From assembly GCF_964213995.1 (NCBI RefSeq), contig NC_135816.1, positions 11,036,001-11,100,000 of the forward strand: a stretch of DNA of 64,000 nucleotides, written 5' to 3'. Positions 59,701 through 64,000 of the stretch are shown here, piece after piece (position 1 is the first letter of the stretch; every line of letters begins with the position of its first letter). The position numbers and the translations under genes are program-made. The DNA is from Mustelus asterias (Eukaryota). The notes beneath the pieces were generated by a model. It made no database searches, was not told the DNA's origin, and saw nothing but the letters and a program-made list of their open reading frames with translations.

Positions 59701-60762
59701 TTTAAAGGCCCCCTCCCCTCCTCTAACCGCAATGTTTATTTCCTGAATATCATTGATGAATACTCACGTTTCCCTTTTGCCTTCCCCTGCTCGGACATGA
59801 CCACGGCTACAGTGATTCGGTCCCTGACCACGCTCTTCACCCTGTTCGGCTTCCCAGCCTATGTTCATAGCGATCGTGGGTCCTCTTTCATCAGTGATGA
59901 GCTGAGGCAGTACCTGCTCGCCAAAGGCGTTGCCTCCAGCCGCACCACTAGCTATAACGCCAGGGGCAATGGTCAAGGAGAGCGGGAGAGCGCAACCGTC
60001 TGGAAGGCCGTTCTATTAGCGTTACGGTCTAGGGGCTTTCCAGTCAGCCGTTGGCAAGACGTCCTTCCGGACGCATTACATTCCATTAGGTCACTCTTGT
60101 GCACAGCGACCAATACGACCCCTCACGAGCGGACGTTTTCTTTCCCCAGGAAGTCCTCCTCGGGTACTTCGCTCCCGGATTGGCTGATGTCCCCGGGGCC
60201 CGTTCTGCTTCGGAAGCATGTCTGGACCCATAAGGCAGATCCCTTGGTCGAGGAGGTCCAATTGCTCCACGCTAATCCTCATTACGCTTACGTACTGCAC
60301 CCTGATGGGTGGGAGGACATGGTTTCTGTCCGTGACTTGGCACCCGCGGGTGCCCCTGAGGTCACCACGTCCTTCCGCCCCACGGTCCCTGGTGTTGTCC
60401 ACTCGGAGATTGCTTCGCCTCTTCCTCCCTCCGTCCCTGTCCCCAATGTAGTGTGCCCAGAGCCTGTTGCAGCCCCCCACCCCCTAGCTCCGGTTCCCAC
60501 TGTTCCCCATACGCCACCAGGGCCACTGCTCACCCCTCTCGCCCCTGTGTACTGCTTGCTTGAGTCGCCGGAGCCGTCGCCACGCAGTACCCGACGACTG
60601 GACGTGACGACGGATCGGTCCGCTTCACACCATCTGGCGCCTTCTCTCGACACTCACTGTACGGAGCCTGGGCCGACATCGCTCCCTGCTCGGACGACTC
60701 TGCGACCTGCACTACGACGATCGCGACGGCGGATCAAGCCACCGGTTCGTCTGGACTTGTAA
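56786..60762 (+). pseudogene. Gypsy unit 3 gag-pol, full domain set with a few frameshifts
   Basis: RT (IDLKSAYHQ, PFGVTN, YLDN), RNase H (LESDAS, EKEAQA, ITDQRS), integrase HHCC and D,D,E (IDFKG, HSDRG, GERE). Confidence 0.93.
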
Positions 60763-60811
60763 TATTGTTTCCGCTTCACCCCCGTGTTGTTTTTTTAAAG
60801 GAAGGGGTGAA

Positions 60812-61056
60812 TGTGGTGGACCTCAGTTGTGCCTTTGTCCTATTTGGACCACCGTTGTGTGTGCTTGTCATACCTGGACACACCCCCTTCCAGTTTGGTT
60901 CCTCCCCTCGGCACCTAGTATAAAGGTGGCTGTCTCCTCCCCCTTGTTCAGTCCAGGTTGGTTATTTGTTGGGATCTGCTCCTGATTCTGTTGTGAATAA
61001 AAGCCGACACTTGTCTTGGCACACCGGTAGTCTTTCGCCTTATTGATAGCGCATCA
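60812..61056 (+). repeat. Gypsy LTR 4 (245 bp, terminal)
   Basis: Follows the PPT; ends gcgcatca and is followed directly by CR1 sequence. Confidence 0.95.
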
Positions 61057-63597
61057 CCAGCACTGATCCCTCAGGCACACCGCTGGTCACAGGTCTCCAG
61101 TCTGAAAAACAACCCACCACATCCACCCTCTCTGGCTTCTGTCATCAAGCCAATTTTGTATCCATTTAGCTACCTCACCCCGGATCCCGTGGGATATAAC
61201 CTTATGCAAGAAACGACCATGCGGTACCTTGTCAAAGGCCTTGCTAAAGTCCATGTAGACAACATCAACCGAACTGCCCTCATCGGCCTTCTTGGTTACC
61301 CCTTCTGTTATCAAGCCAATTCTGTATCCATTTAGCTACCTGGATCCTGAGGGATTTAACTTTAGACAGCAACCTACCAGGTGGCACTTTGTCGAAGGCC
61401 TTGCTAAAGTGTATGTGGACAACGTCAACTGCACTGCCCTCATCGACCTTCTTGGTTACCCCTTCAAAAATCTCAATCAAATTTGTGAGACATGATTTTC
61501 CACTTACAAAGCCATGCTGATTATCCCGAATCGGTCCTTGCATCTCTAAATGCCGATAGATCTTGTCTCTCAAAATACATTCCAACAACTGACCCACCAC
61601 AGATGTGAAGTTTACCGGCCTGTAGTTCCCAGGCTTTTCCCTGCAGTCCTTTTTAAACAGAGGCACAACATTTGCCACTCTCCAATCTTCAGGCACCTCA
61701 CTTGTAACTAACGATGATTCAAATATCTCTGCTCGGGGATCCGCAATTTCCTCCCCAACCTCTCACAATATCCTGGGATACACTTCATCAGGTCCCGGGG
61801 ACTTATCTACCTTGATGCTCTTTAATACTTCCAGCACCTCCTCTTGTTATATGTGCACTGCTCAAGACATCACTATTTATTTCCCCAAGTTCCCTAACAT
61901 CCATGCCTTTCTCAACAGTAAATACTGATGAGAAATATTCATTTAGGATCTCACCCATCTCTTGTGGATCCACACATAGGTGACCAGGTTGATCCTTAAG
62001 AGGCCCTACTCTGTCCCTCGTCACTCTTTTGGCTTTTATGTATTTGCGGAAGCTCTTTGAATTCTCCTTTGCCTTATCTGCCAAACAATCTTGTGTCCCC
62101 ATTTTGCCCGCCTGATTTCCCTCTTAACTCGACTCCTACACCCCCTATACTCTTCAAGGGATTCACTTGATCCCAGCTGCCCATGCATGTCATGTGCTTT
62201 CTTCTTCTTGACCAGGTCCGCAATATCCTGAGTCGTCCAGGGTTCCCTACTTATACCAGCCTTGCCCTTCACTCAGGGTGGAATGTGCTTACCCTGAACA
62301 CAGGTTAACATACTTTTGAAAACCTCTCACTTTCCAGGCGTCCATTTGCCTTCCCACAGACTCCCCCAATTAACTTCTGAAAGTTCCTGCCTGATACCAT
62401 CAAAATTGGCTTGCCCCAATTTATAATTTTAACTTATGGGCCAAACCTATCAATCTCTGTAGCTATCTTAAAACCAAGAGAATTATGGTCACTGATCCCA
62501 AAGTGATCCCTCACTAACACTTCTGTCACCTGCCCGTCCTTATTTCCCAAGAGGAGGTCAAGTTTTGCCCCCTCTCTGGTCGGGCCATCCACATACTGAA
62601 TGAGAAATTCCTTCTGGATACACTCAACAAATTTCTCTCCATCCAACCCTCTAATACTACGGCTGTCCCAGTCATTGTTGGGAAAGCTAAAATCCCCTAC
62701 TAATACTACCCAATTTTTCTTGGAGCTATCTGTAATCTCCTTTCATATTTCCTCCTCAATTTCCCGCTGACTATTTGGGGGGCTATAGTACAACCCAATC
62801 AAAGTGATTTCCCCCTTCTTATTTCTCAGTTCTACCCAAATAGATTCAGTGGCCAAACCCTCGCATATATCCTCTCTCAGAACTGCCGTGATGTTTCCCC
62901 TAATCAAACGTGCAATTCCCTCTCCTCTCTTACCTCCTGTTCTATCTTTCCTATAGCACCTGTACCTGTCCTGTCCCTCCCTTAGCCATGTTTCAGGAAT
63001 TGCTATAGTATCCCATGTACCCATCCATTCCCTGAGTTCATCTGCCTTGCCCATCAGGCCTCTTGCAGTGAAATAAATGCAGTTTAGTCTGGACTTCCCT
63101 TGCTCTCTGCTCTGCTTTTGCCTGATCTGTCTGGTACCAGGATTACTGACACTGCCTTTATTATTTAGTGTGCTCTCTTTAATTTTTGTGCTGTCCTCAA
63201 CCTTCTCTTCTGTCTCCCTACTGCTTTGGGTCCCATCCTCCTGCCAAATAAGTTTAAACCCTCCCGAGTGGCTCGAGCAAATCCCCCCATCAGGATATCA
63301 GTCCCCCTCCAGTTCAGGTGTAACCCGTCCCTCTTGAACAGGTCACCCCTTCCCCAGAAGAGATCCCAATGATCCAAAAATCTAAATCCCTGCCCCCTGC
63401 ACCAGCTCGCAAGCCACACATTCATCTGCCTAATCTTCCTATTCCTATTCTCATTGGCACAGGCCACCGATAGTAGTCCAGAAATTACTATCATCGTGGT
63501 CTGGCACTTTAGCCTTTTGCCTAACTCTCCATATTCACACTTCAGGACCTCATCCCTTTTCATGCCTGTGCCATTGGTACCAATATGTACAACGACC
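61057..63597 (-). mobile_element. CR1 LINE 5' part: RT N-terminus, endonuclease and partial ORF1 (SGNH esterase-like)
   Basis: DWRVANVVPLFKK, IGLYYSPP and SDHN motifs; ORF1 remnant VVVHIGTN...FLDHWDLFWGRGDLFKRDGLHLN. Confidence 0.92.
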
Positions 63598-63763
63598 TAG
63601 AAATAGAACCATAGAAAATTACAGCGCAGAAACAGGCCTTTTGGCCCTTCTTGTCTGTGCCGAACCATTTTATGCCTAGTCCCACTGACCTGCACTTGGA
63701 CCATATCCCTCCACACCCCTCTCATCCATGAACCCGTCCAAGGTTTTCTTAATAGAACCATAG
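63598..63763 (-). mobile_element. Short CR1 3' end
   Basis: gaaacaggccttttggccc tail, bracketed by atagaaccataga repeats. Confidence 0.7.
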
Positions 63764-64000
63764 AATACTGGCTGCTCACCCTGTTCCACACCCTGGGGGT
63801 CTCAGAACAAGCTGGTACGGTGGTTCCATGCGAAGCTTTGCAGTGGATTGGCAGAGGTGGGCTGGCCAGTGGCGTTTTCCAGTTGATCTCATCCACAACA
63901 TTGGAATAACATTGGAGACATTCAGACTCTTGTTCACCCGCGATTTAAATACAAATTTGAGGAGTGGCTGAGTGGGTTCAAGCCCCCAAGGGGAGTGGCC

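Larger units (their letters stand above)
49765..61056 (+). mobile_element. Head-to-tail array of three Ty3/Gypsy (Mag-like) LTR retrotransposons sharing four LTRs
   Basis: LTR-int-LTR-int-LTR-int-LTR. Gag with two CCHC knuckles, order PR-RT-RH-IN, C-terminal RRSRRRIKPPVRLDL, PPT aaaggaaggggtgaa before each downstream LTR; no chromodomain or env seen. Confidence 0.95.

Overview
Vertebrate genomic DNA, almost certainly a cartilaginous fish (shark). The repeat complement supports this: HE1/V-type tRNA SINEs, CR1/HER1-type LINEs and Penelope-derived hammerhead repeats. Bases 1 to about 21 kb carry most of the MHC class II invariant chain gene CD74 (Ii) on the + strand; exon 1 lies upstream of the window. 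I assembled seven coding exons by hand from GT-AG sites and phase compatibility: TM 979-1157, CLIP 3883-3965, 6844-6906, 8343-8438, 10099-10207, an extra 108-nt exon 13592-13699 encoding a second CLIP-like peptide, and thyroglobulin type-1 17441-17638. A probable terminal exon starts at 19076. The rest of the window is repeat-dominated and I found no second host gene. It contains many SINEs and LINE fragments, a near-intact CR1 ORF2 (43.7-46.5 kb), and a CR1 split by an 11.3-kb head-to-tail array of three Mag-like Gypsy elements sharing four 245-bp LTRs. Main leads: (1) the duplicated CLIP-like cassette exon in CD74; (2) the Gypsy element has no tRNA primer-binding site and instead carries a sequence complementary to its own LTR poly(A) signal, suggesting self-priming and/or poly(A) occlusion, together with a YLDN RT motif and a 222-bp flank duplication in place of a TSD; (3) an intact minimal hammerhead ribozyme and a DR1-motif minisatellite in CD74 introns. 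Exon and LTR coordinates were counted by hand. Repeat boundaries are approximate, and repeat family names come from recognition, not from database searches.
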